Source: an uncultured bacterium
GTDB lineage: Bacteria > Babelota > Babeliae > Babelales > Babelaceae
Direction: 5' to 3'
Assembly: GCA_963824495.1 (NCBI GenBank)
Contig: CAWGPQ010000008.1
Location: 128,001 to 192,000 of the forward strand
DNA length: 64,000 bases
Below, one piece after another: positions 29,437-39,772 of this stretch. Positions within the stretch are counted from its first letter, which is position 1. Every line of letters begins with the position of its first letter. Under the pieces are notes generated by a model. That model had not been told where the DNA came from, searched no databases, and saw nothing but the letters and a program-made list of their open reading frames with translations. A program made the position numbers and the translations under genes.

Positions 29437-30630
29437 TTAATCAAGAATTTCGGTAACGACGCCAGAGCCAACTGTTCTACCACCTTCACGAATCGCAAAG
29501 CGTCCATCCTTTTCCATTGCGATTGGTGAAATTAAGTCGACGTTCAACTCAACGTTAATATCACCTGGCATAACCATTTCACGGCCTTTTTCAAGCGTAA
29601 CGTTACCGGTCACGTCGGTTGTTCTAAAATAGAATTGAGGACGATAGCCATTAAAAAATGGTGTTGCTCGTCCGCCTTCATCTTTAGACAAGACATAGAC
29701 GCGACATTTAAACTTTTTGTGTGGTGTCACACTACCTGGTTTGGCGAGTACCATACCACGCTCAATATCTTCTTTCTTTGTACCACGAAGTAAGATACCA
29801 ACGTTATCACCAGCTTCACCTTCAGTAAGAGTCTTACGGAACATTTCAATACCGGTGACTGTTGTTTTTGCTCGTTCACCCAAGCCAACAATTTCTATTT
29901 CATCGCCAACTTTAACCCGACCGCGCTCAATACGACCCGTTGCAACGGTACCACGACCAGAAATCGTGAAAACACCTTCAATAGCCATCAAGAAAGGCTT
30001 ATCGACTTCACGAACTGGCATTGGAATATGCGTATCTAAAGCCTCCATAAGTTTCATGATCGACGGCGATCCAAGCTCACTTGAATCATTGTTAAGAGCT
30101 TTCAAAGCTGATCCCTTAACTACCGGTATATCATCACCGGGAAATCCATATTTTTTAAGAAGATCCCTAATCTCTTCTTCGACCATATCAACCATGTCTG
30201 CATCATCAACCATGTCAACTTTATTTAAAAAAACGACAAGCGCTGGTACACCTACGTTACGAGCAAGCAGAATATGCTCACGAGTCTGAGGCATTGCTCC
30301 ATCAGCTGCAGATACGACCAAAATAGCACCGTCCATTTGGGCAGCACCCGTGATCATATTTTTAACGTAGTCAGCGTGACCAGGACAGTCAATATGAGCA
30401 TAATGACGCTTATCGGTTTCGTATTCAACATGTGAAATAGCAATGGTAATACCACGTGCCTTTTCTTCGGGCGCATTATCAATTTGATCAAAGCGCTTTG
30501 ATTCAGCGAGCCCTTTTTCAGCAAGTACCCGCGTAATTGCTGCAGTTAACGTTGTTTTTCCATGGTCAACATGACCAATAGTACCAACGTTAGCGTGAGG
30601 TTTTTTGCGCTCAAAAACACCTTTTGCCAT
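29437..30630 (-). CDS. tuf: Elongation factor Tu
   Basis: [17 protein letters not shown]; start placed at ATG 30630. Confidence 0.99.
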   Translation of the reverse strand: MAKGVFERKKPHANVGTIGHVDHGKTTLTAAITRVLAEKGLAESKRFDQIDNAPEEKARGITIAISHVEYETDKRHYAHIDCPGHADYVKNMITGAAQMDGAILVVSAADGAMPQTREHILLARNVGVPALVVFLNKVDMVDDADMVDMVEEEIRDLLKKYGFPGDDIPVVKGSALKALNNDSSELGSPSIMKLMEALDTHIPMPVREVDKPFLMAIEGVFTISGRGTVATGRIERGRVKVGDEIEIVGLGERAKTTVTGIEMFRKTLTEGEAGDNVGILLRGTKKEDIERGMVLAKPGSVTPHKKFKCRVYVLSKDEGGRATPFFNGYRPQFYFRTTDVTGNVTLEKGREMVMPGDINVELNVDLISPIAMEKDGRFAIREGGRTVGSGVVTEILD

Positions 30631-30673
30631 TAGAATATCTCCTGACAATTTTTATTGTTCTACACTACTGTAT

Positions 30674-32749
30674 TTATGCTGCTTTACTACTCAGTATCTG
30701 ATCCTGAATATATTTTGGAACTTCACGATAAACCTCAAATTCCATCGTATAGCTTGCACGCCCCTTGCTCATTGATCGCAATTGCGTTGCATAGCCAAAC
30801 ATTTCAGCAAGTGGTACTTCAGCGAGAATGATCTGATTACCAACTTTGGCCTCCATACCCAAGATACGGCCACGTCGTGAGTTTAAATCACCCATAACGT
30901 CACCCATATATTCATCGGGAGTTTCAACCTCTACCTTCATAATCGGCTCAAGCAGAACTGCGTCGCCTTTACGCTCGCCCTCTTTAAACGAGAGTGAAGC
31001 GGCAATCTGAAACGCCAGCTCCGATGAGTCAACATCATGGTACGATCCATCAAATACTGTTGCTCTAAAGTCAACAACTGGGTAACCACCCAGCACACCG
31101 CTGTTCTTTGCTTCTTCCAAGCCTTTCTCTATGCCTGGAATATATTCGCGAGGAATTGTTCCACCGACAATACCGTTGACAAATTCAAAGCCCTTGCCGC
31201 GTTCAAGTGGTTCAAACTTGACCCAAACATGACCATATTGACCCTTTCCACCCGATTGCCGGATAAATTTACCCTCAGCTTCAACGGTTGTTTGAATGGT
31301 CTCTTTAAAGGCAACTTGTAACTTGCCTTGCGTTACATCCACTTTAGATTCACGCTTAAGGCGATCAACAATAATATCGAGATGGAGCTCACCCATTCCC
31401 CTTATAACTGTTTGATTGGTCTCTTTATCAAACGTAAATTGAAATGACGGATCTTCTTGCATAAGTTTTCTCAAGCCAATAATCATTTTTTCATAGTCTG
31501 ATTTAGATTTTGGCTCAACGGATGTCGATATCACGGGAGCAGGGATATCAATCCTTTCTAGCAAGATAGGATGACTTTCGTCACAGACAGTATCACCTGT
31601 TGCTGCATCTTTCAGACCAACAATAGCTCCAATATCGCCTGCTCGTAGCTCATCAATATCCTCACGCTTGTCAGCATGAAGTTTAACCAAGCGGCTTACA
31701 CGCTCTTTTGTGCCTTTTGTTGCGTTATACACATATGAGCCCGACTTAAGCGTCCCAGAATATACGCGTACAAAACTAAGTACGCCAACATACGGGTCGG
31801 TCATAATTTTAAAGACAAGACCTGCAAACGGACCTTTAGGGTCAGCTACACGCTCTTCAACTTTATCGGTTCTTGGGACAATACCCACAACTGGTGGCAC
31901 ATCTAGGGGGGATGGTAAGTAATCAACCACACCATCAAGCATCAGCTGAACACCTTTATTCTTAAATGCTGTGCCACAAAAAGCAGGGACCACCTGACGA
32001 TTAAGTACACCCTTACGTAACGCTCCTTTTATTTCAGGAACAGAAATCTCTTGTTCATTAAGAAATTTTTCAGCAAGATGATCATCGATATCGCATGCTG
32101 CTTCGATTATTTTTACGCGCAAAGTTTCTACCTGATCTTTATAATCTTCGGGAACGTCTGACCAAGTTATCGTTACACCTCGATCTGCACCTTCACCAAA
32201 AGTTGCCATTTTACGCGAAAGCAGATCAATAATACCATGAAAGTTCTCAGATTCACCAACAGGTATTTGCATAGCAACTGCGTTAGCGTGAAGCTTTGCA
32301 TTTACGTCTCGTATAGTTTTGAAGTAATCAGCACCGATACGATCAAGCTTATTTACGAATATAATACGCGGTACTTTATAACGGTTTGCTTGTTTCCAGA
32401 CTGTTTCAGATTGAGGCTGAACGCAACCAACACCACAAAACACCGCAACAACACCATCTAAAACACGAAGGGAACGCCCTACCTCAATAGTAAAGTCTAC
32501 GTGTCCTGGGGTATCAATAATATTAATTTGATAGCCTTTCCAGGTGCTCGTAATTGCGGCAGCGGTAATGGTGATTCCACGCTCTCTTTCTTGCTCCATC
32601 CAATCGGTTGTTGCTTCACCTTCGTGAACTTCGCCAAGCTTATGAGTCGCACCAGTATAAAATAGAATACGTTCTGTGACAGTAGTTTTACCCGCATCTA
32701 TATGAGCTGCTATACCTATATTTCTGTATTTCTCGAGCGGAACACTCAT
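30674..32749 (-). CDS. fusA: Elongation factor G
   Basis: [25 protein letters not shown]. Confidence 0.99.
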   Translation of the reverse strand: MSVPLEKYRNIGIAAHIDAGKTTVTERILFYTGATHKLGEVHEGEATTDWMEQERERGITITAAAITSTWKGYQINIIDTPGHVDFTIEVGRSLRVLDGVVAVFCGVGCVQPQSETVWKQANRYKVPRIIFVNKLDRIGADYFKTIRDVNAKLHANAVAMQIPVGESENFHGIIDLLSRKMATFGEGADRGVTITWSDVPEDYKDQVETLRVKIIEAACDIDDHLAEKFLNEQEISVPEIKGALRKGVLNRQVVPAFCGTAFKNKGVQLMLDGVVDYLPSPLDVPPVVGIVPRTDKVEERVADPKGPFAGLVFKIMTDPYVGVLSFVRVYSGTLKSGSYVYNATKGTKERVSRLVKLHADKREDIDELRAGDIGAIVGLKDAATGDTVCDESHPILLERIDIPAPVISTSVEPKSKSDYEKMIIGLRKLMQEDPSFQFTFDKETNQTVIRGMGELHLDIIVDRLKRESKVDVTQGKLQVAFKETIQTTVEAEGKFIRQSGGKGQYGHVWVKFEPLERGKGFEFVNGIVGGTIPREYIPGIEKGLEEAKNSGVLGGYPVVDFRATVFDGSYHDVDSSELAFQIAASLSFKEGERKGDAVLLEPIMKVEVETPDEYMGDVMGDLNSRRGRILGMEAKVGNQIILAEVPLAEMFGYATQLRSMSKGRASYTMEFEVYREVPKYIQDQILSSKAA

Positions 32750-32767
32750 TACACACCTTTACTTACG

Positions 32768-33250
32768 TTACCAAGAATAATGCGAAAAGGCACGATTCGC
32801 TTCTGCCATTTTATGGACATCAAGTTTTTTCTTAACTGCATTACCACGTCCTTCATGTGCGTCAACAAGTTCGTGAGCCAATCGCATACCCATAGTTTTA
32901 TCGTTACGTGTTGCAGCACTTGAAATGAGCCAACGAAATGCCAGTGATCGCCCACGATGAGGGCTTACCTCACTAGGAATTTGATAGACGCTTCCACCAA
33001 CACGACGAGGTCGCACTTCGATTGCTGGTGTTATGTTTTCAAGAGCTCGTAAAAACATTTTTAATGCTTTATCTCGATCTCCGCCTGCTCTTTTTGTTAA
33101 TATATCAAGAGCATCGTATACAATGGTGCGGGCAGCGTTCTTTTTGCCACGCCACATAACAACGTTAATTAATTTTTGAATCGTTTCCGAGCCATAACGA
33201 GGATCAGCACCGACATCTCGTATAAAACTGACCGACTTACGTCTTGCCAT
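32768..33250 (-). CDS. rpsG: 30S ribosomal protein S7
   Basis: RRVGGSVYQIP, MAEANRAF. Confidence 0.98.
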   Translation of the reverse strand: MARRKSVSFIRDVGADPRYGSETIQKLINVVMWRGKKNAARTIVYDALDILTKRAGGDRDKALKMFLRALENITPAIEVRPRRVGGSVYQIPSEVSPHRGRSLAFRWLISSAATRNDKTMGMRLAHELVDAHEGRGNAVKKKLDVHKMAEANRAFSHYSW

Positions 33251-33267
33251 GCTCTTACCTTCCTAGC

Positions 33268-33642
33268 TTATTTCTTTGGACGTTTTGCGCCATAAAGCGA
33301 ACGTCCTTGTCGTCTTTTATCTACACCTGCCGTGTCAAGAGTACCACGAACAATATGATATTTCACACCAGGCAAATCTTTTACACGACCTCCACGAACT
33401 AATACAACTGAGTGCTCTTGAAGATTATGACCTTCTCCCCCAATATAAGCAGTTACTTCAATACCCGTGGACAATTTAACACGAGCTACTTTACGTAGTG
33501 CTGAATTTGGCTTCTTTGGTGCTTGGGTAAACACCTTAATACATACACCACGAGCCTGTGGATTATCTTTCAATGCCGAGCTTTTTGATTTACTCTTCGG
33601 CTGAATACGCTCAGAGCGAGCAAGCTGATTAATAGTAGGCAT
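33268..33642 (-). CDS. rpsL: 30S ribosomal protein S12
   Basis: [24 protein letters not shown]. Confidence 0.99.
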   Translation of the reverse strand: MPTINQLARSERIQPKSKSKSSALKDNPQARGVCIKVFTQAPKKPNSALRKVARVKLSTGIEVTAYIGGEGHNLQEHSVVLVRGGRVKDLPGVKYHIVRGTLDTAGVDKRRQGRSLYGAKRPKK

Positions 33643-33763
33643 TCTAAGATTTCCTCTAAAATTTCCTATGATTATTTAACACCACATCTAACGCACTAGC
33701 ATCTAACTTGGCCGTCCTAGCAACTCGTAGTAAGGTGGCAAAGCCGGCAAAGAGTTACATACT

Positions 33764-33791
33764 AGTGTAACTTTTTTGCCAATTTTTTCAA
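33764..33791 (-). promoter_or_regulatory. Putative sigma70 promoter of the ribosomal superoperon
   Basis: Minus-strand TTGAAA-16 nt-TACACT about 120 nt upstream of rpsL. Confidence 0.5.
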
Positions 33792-33819
33792 GTGGAATGA
33801 AAAGAACAGGAAGCGACCC

Positions 33820-33848
33820 TTGATGTAGCAAAAATACTGCGCTATGCT
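33820..33848 (+). promoter_or_regulatory. Putative sigma70 promoter of rseP
   Basis: TTGATG-17 nt-TATGCT. Confidence 0.5.
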
Positions 33849-33965
33849 GAAGCATCGGTACGACTTTACGGGCTTATCGTTTTGCTAAGCATATTAAGCC
33901 TGCTACGCAACGCCAAACACGTAATAAGTATAGCACATATTTTTTTATTATCAAGGAGAAATTAT

Positions 33966-35102
33966 ATGACCTCAGTGTCACCCCTCGTTCTACTATTCAA
34001 AAACGTTTTTTTCATTATTGTGGGCCTGGCTGGCATAGGTTTACTTATTACCATACATGAGCTTGGCCACTTTATTTTTGCTAAGCTCTTTAGTGTTAGT
34101 ACACCTTCATTCTCTATTGGCTTTGGTCCGCGTATTATACAGAAAAAAATAGGTCATACGAATTTTGTGCTTTCTGCTATTCCGCTTGGCGGCTATGTTG
34201 AAATGGCAGGCTCAGCCGAGCTTGGTCAAGGTGAACAAAAAGAAGCAGCTCGTACAGATTACTATTCATTTGCAGCAAAACCCTACTATCAAAAATTTCT
34301 TATCATGATAGGTGGTATTCTTTTTAATCTTCTTTTTGCCTATATAACACTTACGGCACTCTTTGCCGCAGGTGTCCCTCAAACTCCTTTGCTGCATCCT
34401 AAAAATGCCATCCCTACGTTAGAGACCGTAGCTCCAGGCGGTGCAGCCCAACGTGCCGGGCTTCAGGCAGGAGATACTATCATTGATCTACGCACGCCTT
34501 CAGGCATCACTCATATCACCTCCTATGAGCAGCTCATTACTGAACTTGAGCCATTGGCCGGCATTCCGATAACGCTTCGCATTCAGCGTGATAGCTCTCA
34601 GCGAGATATTGAAATTACACCTGATGCCTATCAACAAGGCCCTAAAAAAGTTGGCCGCTTAGGTGCATATTTTAAGCACGTTGATTTACCACCACGTCCT
34701 TGGCGACAAGCAGTGAGAGATGGCATCTCAGCAACACATACGCTTATTAAGCAAACGTTCTTAGCATTTAAATCTATTTTTTCTCAGCGATCCCTTGAGG
34801 GAGTAGGTGGACCTTTAATGGTTATTTCGCAAACAATAAAAGGCGCTGAGCATGGGCTTAAGCTGTTTCTCTTACTTCTTGCTTTTATTAGCGTTAATCT
34901 CGCCGTATTAAATATTATACCATTGCCTATCATGGATGGAGGACAAATTCTCTTTTATTCTATAGAAGCGCTTACTGGCCGACCATTGCCAGAGCAGATT
35001 AAGATGTATATTTATTACGCCTCGTGGGCTTTTATTATTGCTTTGGCTCTCTATTTAAGTGTCAAAGATGTGTACAGAATGACCGGTAGTTTTTTTAAAT
35101 AA
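33966..35102 (+). CDS. rseP: RIP metalloprotease RseP (M50 + PDZ)
   Basis: HELGH, FSIGFGP, PDZ domain, NIIPLPIMDGG; AAGGAG RBS before ATG 33966. Confidence 0.93.
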   Translation: MTSVSPLVLLFKNVFFIIVGLAGIGLLITIHELGHFIFAKLFSVSTPSFSIGFGPRIIQKKIGHTNFVLSAIPLGGYVEMAGSAELGQGEQKEAARTDYYSFAAKPYYQKFLIMIGGILFNLLFAYITLTALFAAGVPQTPLLHPKNAIPTLETVAPGGAAQRAGLQAGDTIIDLRTPSGITHITSYEQLITELEPLAGIPITLRIQRDSSQRDIEITPDAYQQGPKKVGRLGAYFKHVDLPPRPWRQAVRDGISATHTLIKQTFLAFKSIFSQRSLEGVGGPLMVISQTIKGAEHGLKLFLLLLAFISVNLAVLNIIPLPIMDGGQILFYSIEALTGRPLPEQIKMYIYYASWAFIIALALYLSVKDVYRMTGSFFK

Positions 35103-35120
35103 AACTATAGAGAAAAACAC

Positions 35121-36239
35121 GTGAAAAAGCACCTAGTATTCCTGCTTGTTATACTTGCTTCTAGCGTTCTGCGTGCTAACCCTCTTGAAAAAATAACACC
35201 CTTACATAAAAAAATTGGCCAAATGATTATGCTTGGGTTCAAGGGAACTGTTTCCGCTGACCCAGGCGTTCAGCTTCTCGTCGACCATATAACCAACGGT
35301 CGTATTGGAGGAGTTATTTTTATGAAGACTAACATTGTTCATAGCAATCAAGTTAAAAATCTAACTTCTTATATACACGCTATTAAAGCACCCGAAAAGC
35401 TGTTACTAGCAATTGATATGGAGGGAGGCAGAGTACAACGATTAGACCCTAAAAAGAATTTCCCACCTATTCTTTCAGCTAAAAAATTTGCCCTACTTGA
35501 TACCCCTGATGCTATTGCTGAAGCAGAAAAGCTTGCTTTGTTAGTAGCTGAGCATGGCTTTAATCTTAACCTTGCGCCGGTAGTCGACCTTGACGGTGAA
35601 CCACCATGCTCAGTTATAGGTGGACTTGAACGAAGCTTTTCGCCCGATATTGAAACGGTTATTCGCTGTGCCCAACTTGTAATCGATGCTCATCGAAAGC
35701 ATGCCGTCTTGACAACTCTTAAGCACTATCCCGGCCATGGCTATGCACAAGGTGATACGCATGATGGCATGGTTGATGTTACGCTAACGGCTCAACCGCA
35801 AGAACTTGAGCCTTTTAACAGGCTCATTGAACAAAATACCGTAGACGCCATCATGACAGCGCATATTATTAACCGTGCAGTAGATCCCCTATTTCCAGCA
35901 ACCCTTTCGCGCACTATACTAACCAACCAGCTCAGAAGCCTGGCACACTATAATGGCGTTATTATTACCGACGAGCTCCGTATGGGTGCCATTAAAGATC
36001 ATTATAGTTTGCGCGATACCGTCATTCATGCAATCGAGGCAGGCAGCGATATATTACTTTTTACCAATGATGATGGTTTTCTAGAATCTACAGATAGCTT
36101 TCCCTTAAAGATAGCAGCTATCGTCGAAGAGGCACTTATCACAGGGGAACTATCAGAAGACCTTATAGATCAAGCATATGAGCGCATTCTACGCATGAAG
36201 CAGAAGTTAGCTGTTATTAGCTTTGTTCCGATACCATGA
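35121..36239 (+). CDS. nagZ: GH3 beta-N-acetylhexosaminidase with signal peptide
   Basis: IDMEGGRVQRL, KHYPGHG...DTH, MTAH, ITDELRMGA. Confidence 0.9.
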   Translation: MKKHLVFLLVILASSVLRANPLEKITPLHKKIGQMIMLGFKGTVSADPGVQLLVDHITNGRIGGVIFMKTNIVHSNQVKNLTSYIHAIKAPEKLLLAIDMEGGRVQRLDPKKNFPPILSAKKFALLDTPDAIAEAEKLALLVAEHGFNLNLAPVVDLDGEPPCSVIGGLERSFSPDIETVIRCAQLVIDAHRKHAVLTTLKHYPGHGYAQGDTHDGMVDVTLTAQPQELEPFNRLIEQNTVDAIMTAHIINRAVDPLFPATLSRTILTNQLRSLAHYNGVIITDELRMGAIKDHYSLRDTVIHAIEAGSDILLFTNDDGFLESTDSFPLKIAAIVEEALITGELSEDLIDQAYERILRMKQKLAVISFVPIP

Positions 36240-37230
36240 TTGTCTCATCTTTGAAAAAATATACCTCGTCTTCCCCATTTGGTATTGCTTTTTTAAGATA
36301 GGCTGAAAGAGCTTGATCGACATCAATACCCTTATTTTTAAGAAATTGACGAATCAAAAGGCTGCGCTCTTGAAACGAAGGATAGGTGCTCAATGTTAAA
36401 TGGGAAAAGCGCTCCACTAAATCATCAAGTGATTGTCGAGCTAATTTTTGAAAACAATAAAGCATTGCTAAAAGGGGCTCAAAGTTTCTAAGCTTATAGA
36501 GCTTTTCGCATGCAAACATGTCAGCCTGACGTTCAAAATCTCGTTGGTAAGCGAGATAAGGTAAATCATCGGTAATTTGAGTTAAAAAGTGAGCGACGAC
36601 AATTAAAAACCATGTCACCGATGGCAACTTGTCCCAATAAGGCTCCAGCTGCATATCGAGATTCTTAGCACAACCTGTGAAGCTAAGAATAATAGCTATC
36701 AAACTAGAAGATAACGAACTGCCCAAAGAAACACGCTCTTTTGGCTGCATATCAATATCATGCTCAATACCATAGTTAGAAATGTGCCCACATTCATGAT
36801 AAGCAATTGCAGTGATCAAATCTTGTGTATAACGCGTTCCATCGAGCACTGGAGGTAAAGCTATATAGTGCTCATTGTCTGACAATGAAAGTGTCCATCC
36901 AATTAAACTGCGCCGCGGGATGTGTTTTAAAATCACCACTGGAACTTGTATTATAGAAATATTTTTATCACTCAGGCCAGAGTTGGTAAGTGCTGCTTCC
37001 GCGATGGCTTTAATTTCAGCTGATGGCTCTACCGAAAATTCATCTCCTGGTATAGAAATATTTTTATTGATCAAACCATTCATGATAGATATGTCTTGTA
37101 AGATCTGCTCTAAGTTTTCTTTAAGTTTAGCCGGTAGTTCTATAGAAAATGCACATTCAGAAACACCAAAGCTTTCTGAACCATACCCCAGACTTACAAG
37201 ACATAACACTACCAATACAAAAGATCTCAT
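36217..37230 (-). CDS. M48-like Zn metallopeptidase paralog 1 (signal peptide, TM segments)
   Basis: YHECGH, ERQAD, STYPSFQER (THP motif has Tyr for His); start placed at ATG 37230. Confidence 0.75.
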   Translation of the reverse strand: MRSFVLVVLCLVSLGYGSESFGVSECAFSIELPAKLKENLEQILQDISIMNGLINKNISIPGDEFSVEPSAEIKAIAEAALTNSGLSDKNISIIQVPVVILKHIPRRSLIGWTLSLSDNEHYIALPPVLDGTRYTQDLITAIAYHECGHISNYGIEHDIDMQPKERVSLGSSLSSSLIAIILSFTGCAKNLDMQLEPYWDKLPSVTWFLIVVAHFLTQITDDLPYLAYQRDFERQADMFACEKLYKLRNFEPLLAMLYCFQKLARQSLDDLVERFSHLTLSTYPSFQERSLLIRQFLKNKGIDVDQALSAYLKKAIPNGEDEVYFFKDETIMVSEQS

Positions 37231-37444
37231 AATTACTTGATTCCCTACATTGCATAAAAAATTCACATTAACATTTAAGCCCCATAAGACATATCAATTT
37301 GAGCAATATTAGATTAGATTAAGTAATTTGTTATTTTTTTACAATCAGGGGATAGATTAAAACCAATTATCTACCCGTAATCCTTGGCATTTCTTTATTA
37401 TTATGCTGAAATTTTAAATATTAAATTTTAAAGTAATCAATTAA

Positions 37445-37516
37445 AAAACAGCAAGTATCGTTGAAAAAACGCTTATTCCCGGTCGGTTATCCGAAGATCT
37501 CGTAGACCAAGCTTAT
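37445..37516 (+). pseudogene. Relic duplicate of the nagZ 3' end
   Basis: Translates KTASIVEKTLIPGRLSEDLVDQAY versus nagZ KIAAIVEEALITGELSEDLIDQAY (17/24 identical). Confidence 0.8.
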
Positions 37517-37746
37517 ACTAGTTAGTTCCCATCCATAGACTTACAGATCTACGAATATCACTAAAAAGAGCTACCTCTTTTTCACCACGAGGCATCGCTT
37601 TCTTAAGATAGACTTCAAGGTTCTGATGTACGTCGATGCCCCTGCTTTCAAGAAATATAATGACCCCTAGAAATCAGACACGTGTAATTGGAGAAATTGG
37701 GGAGTATAATGATGCAAAAAGATCATCACTATTACTGGGGTAAAGC

Positions 37747-38022
37747 ATGGCAAGAATATACAAGAAACATGGAAGTTCATTTAAGAGTAAGGTAGCTCTA
37801 GAGGCCCTAAAAGAAAAGAAAACAGTTGCAGAATTATGCCAAGAGTATAGCATTTCAGCAAGTCAAATATTTGCATGGAAAAAGCAGCTGGAGGAAGAGA
37901 GCAATAAGATCTTTGAAGATAAGCGAGAAGTAGACCATAAAGCAGAAATAGATAGATTGCATCGTGTTATTGGACAATTAACTGCGGAACGTGATTTTTT
38001 AGGACATGTGCTCAAACGTTAA
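37747..38022 (+). CDS. IS3 OrfA (HTH)
   Basis: FKSKVALEAL...TVAELCQEY...IFAWKKQ; slippery T TTT TTA at 37995-38001. Confidence 0.9.
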   Translation: MARIYKKHGSSFKSKVALEALKEKKTVAELCQEYSISASQIFAWKKQLEEESNKIFEDKREVDHKAEIDRLHRVIGQLTAERDFLGHVLKR

Positions 38023-38911
38023 GTAGTGAAAAACGCAAAGAGATGATTGAGCACGGTAATGAAGCGATAGGTATAAAAAGAAAATGCGAACTTTTGGGTG
38101 TTGCGAGAAGCATGATGTATTATCAACCGAGGCCGTTAAAAAGTAACGATGCGACTATATTGAATGAGGTTAGAAGTATTTATCAAGAAACACCATTTTA
38201 TGGCTATCGCCGTATTCTTGTTGCTCTGAGGCAAAGAGGCTTCGTTATCAATCACAAGAGGTTACAAGGATTGCTCGCTCTTGCAGGCATAAAAGCTGTT
38301 TATCCTACAAAGAAAACAACTATACGAGATCGGGGACACAAAGTATACCCCTATCTTCTACGTGAACTTAGCGTTGATCGCCCTAATCAGGTATGGACCG
38401 TTGACATTACCTAGTTTATTTAGTGTGCTTGCTCGATGTCTTTAGCAGAAGAATTATGGGATGGAGCTTATCTACTTTTCTTGATACGCAATCATGTCTT
38501 GAAGCACTTGAAAACGCCTTGAAGCATGGCATACCGGAGATTATTAATAGCGACCAAGGATGCCAGTTTACCAGTACCTCTTGGATCGTACAATTAGAAG
38601 GAAACGGTATAAAGGTGAGCATGGATGGCAAGGGTCGCTGGGCTGATAATGCTCATGTCGAACGATTATGGCGTACTATAAAGTACGAAAACGTTTACCT
38701 GCACAGTTTTGATACTGTGGATCAGGCTCGAGTAGCTTTGCGGAGCTATGTTGATTTTTATAATCAAAAACGACCTCATCAGGCGCTTAACTATCACACG
38801 CCAAACCTCATTTTCGCTTTAAGAGTTGTGCCTACAAGACAACAGTTATTTGCACAATTTAAGTTACAAAACCAGTCTAACCCTTTGGAGGTTAACATGA
38901 CTCCTAAATAA
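37995..38911 (+). pseudogene. IS3 OrfB DDE transposase broken by an internal deletion
   Basis: WTVDIT followed by a stop at 38414; the usual YI...GF segment is missing; resumes out of frame VYLVCLLD...NSDQG...DNAHVER. Confidence 0.88.
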
Positions 38912-39772
38912 ATCTATTTTCGTGTCTTAACGCAGGGGGTCACTATAAAACTCATAAATTGTTGCAGCTCGATCTTTACGTGATGGATGAGTTCTTAAGG
39001 GAAAACCTAACATACTCCTAGTATCTTTAGGATAAAACAACGCTTTTGCAAAAAAGAGGGTATTGAGAATCTAACCTAGACAACCACTGATAAAAGTAAA
39101 GCTGTGCCAAGATTGGCTCTATGTTTCCAAGCTTGTACAATTGCTCGCACATGAAGAGATCTGCTTGAAGCTCTTCTTGCCTCAATGCTCGATAGAGCTC
39201 CATTACCTCATTATCCATAAGTAGCATAGCCGACAAAACGGTAGCTGAAGCATCCAGTAACAGTCTATGACATATTTTTAGGAGGCATCAAAACTTTATT
39301 GTGGCGAAAATAAAGGTGTCCGCACTCATGATAAGCTACTGCAATTTTATAGTCTCGTGTAAACTTAGTCTTATCGAACAATGATGATAAAGTCAAAACT
39401 TCTTGATAAGCATCTGCTCTATCTTTGCGGTCACGCGTATCTTCTCCTATACGAATTCCCCTATCGCTCAATCCAGAATTAACTATAGCTTCTTCCGCAA
39501 TCGCTTTAATTTCAGCTGAAGGCTCTATAAGAAATTCATCTTCTTTTTCAATAACACTATCGTACGCGGACGTGCCAAAGCTCACTAGTCCAGACCCTAG
39601 ATTTGCCATAAGTAATGCTACTAATAAGACATATTTCATATTTTTAATATGCTCCATATAAACAATTTAAACTTACTATTAACATTAGTAAGATGAATTA
39701 TTTTTTAAACATTATCAAAAAAGCATGAGTAATCGACGTAATAATACTACTTTAATAGATGGCGCCAAAGAG

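Larger units (their letters stand above)
37656..38947 (+). mobile_element. IS3-family insertion sequence, 1292 bp, inactive
   Basis: 27-bp imperfect terminal IRs (20/27 match), AAA target-site duplication at 37653-55 and 38948-50, orfA plus orfB in the -1 frame. Confidence 0.92.
37518..39639 (-). pseudogene. M48-like peptidase paralog 2, pseudogene interrupted by IS3
   Basis: Collinear with 39773..40618; frameshifting deletion near 39270, second frameshift near 39050, IS at 37656-38947; tail resumes at 37655 and ends at a stop at 37518. Confidence 0.85.

Noticed and set aside
15011..33642. Many 60-190-aa antisense or alternate-frame ORFs over ribosomal genes, tuf and fusA (for example 29717..30289 and 28013..28441)
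   Set aside because: They are shadows of conserved genes, with no recognisable motifs or RBS.
33850..33965. rseP leader hairpin GGCTTA...TAAGCC as an ncRNA or riboswitch
   Set aside because: A single short stem with no recognisable family features.
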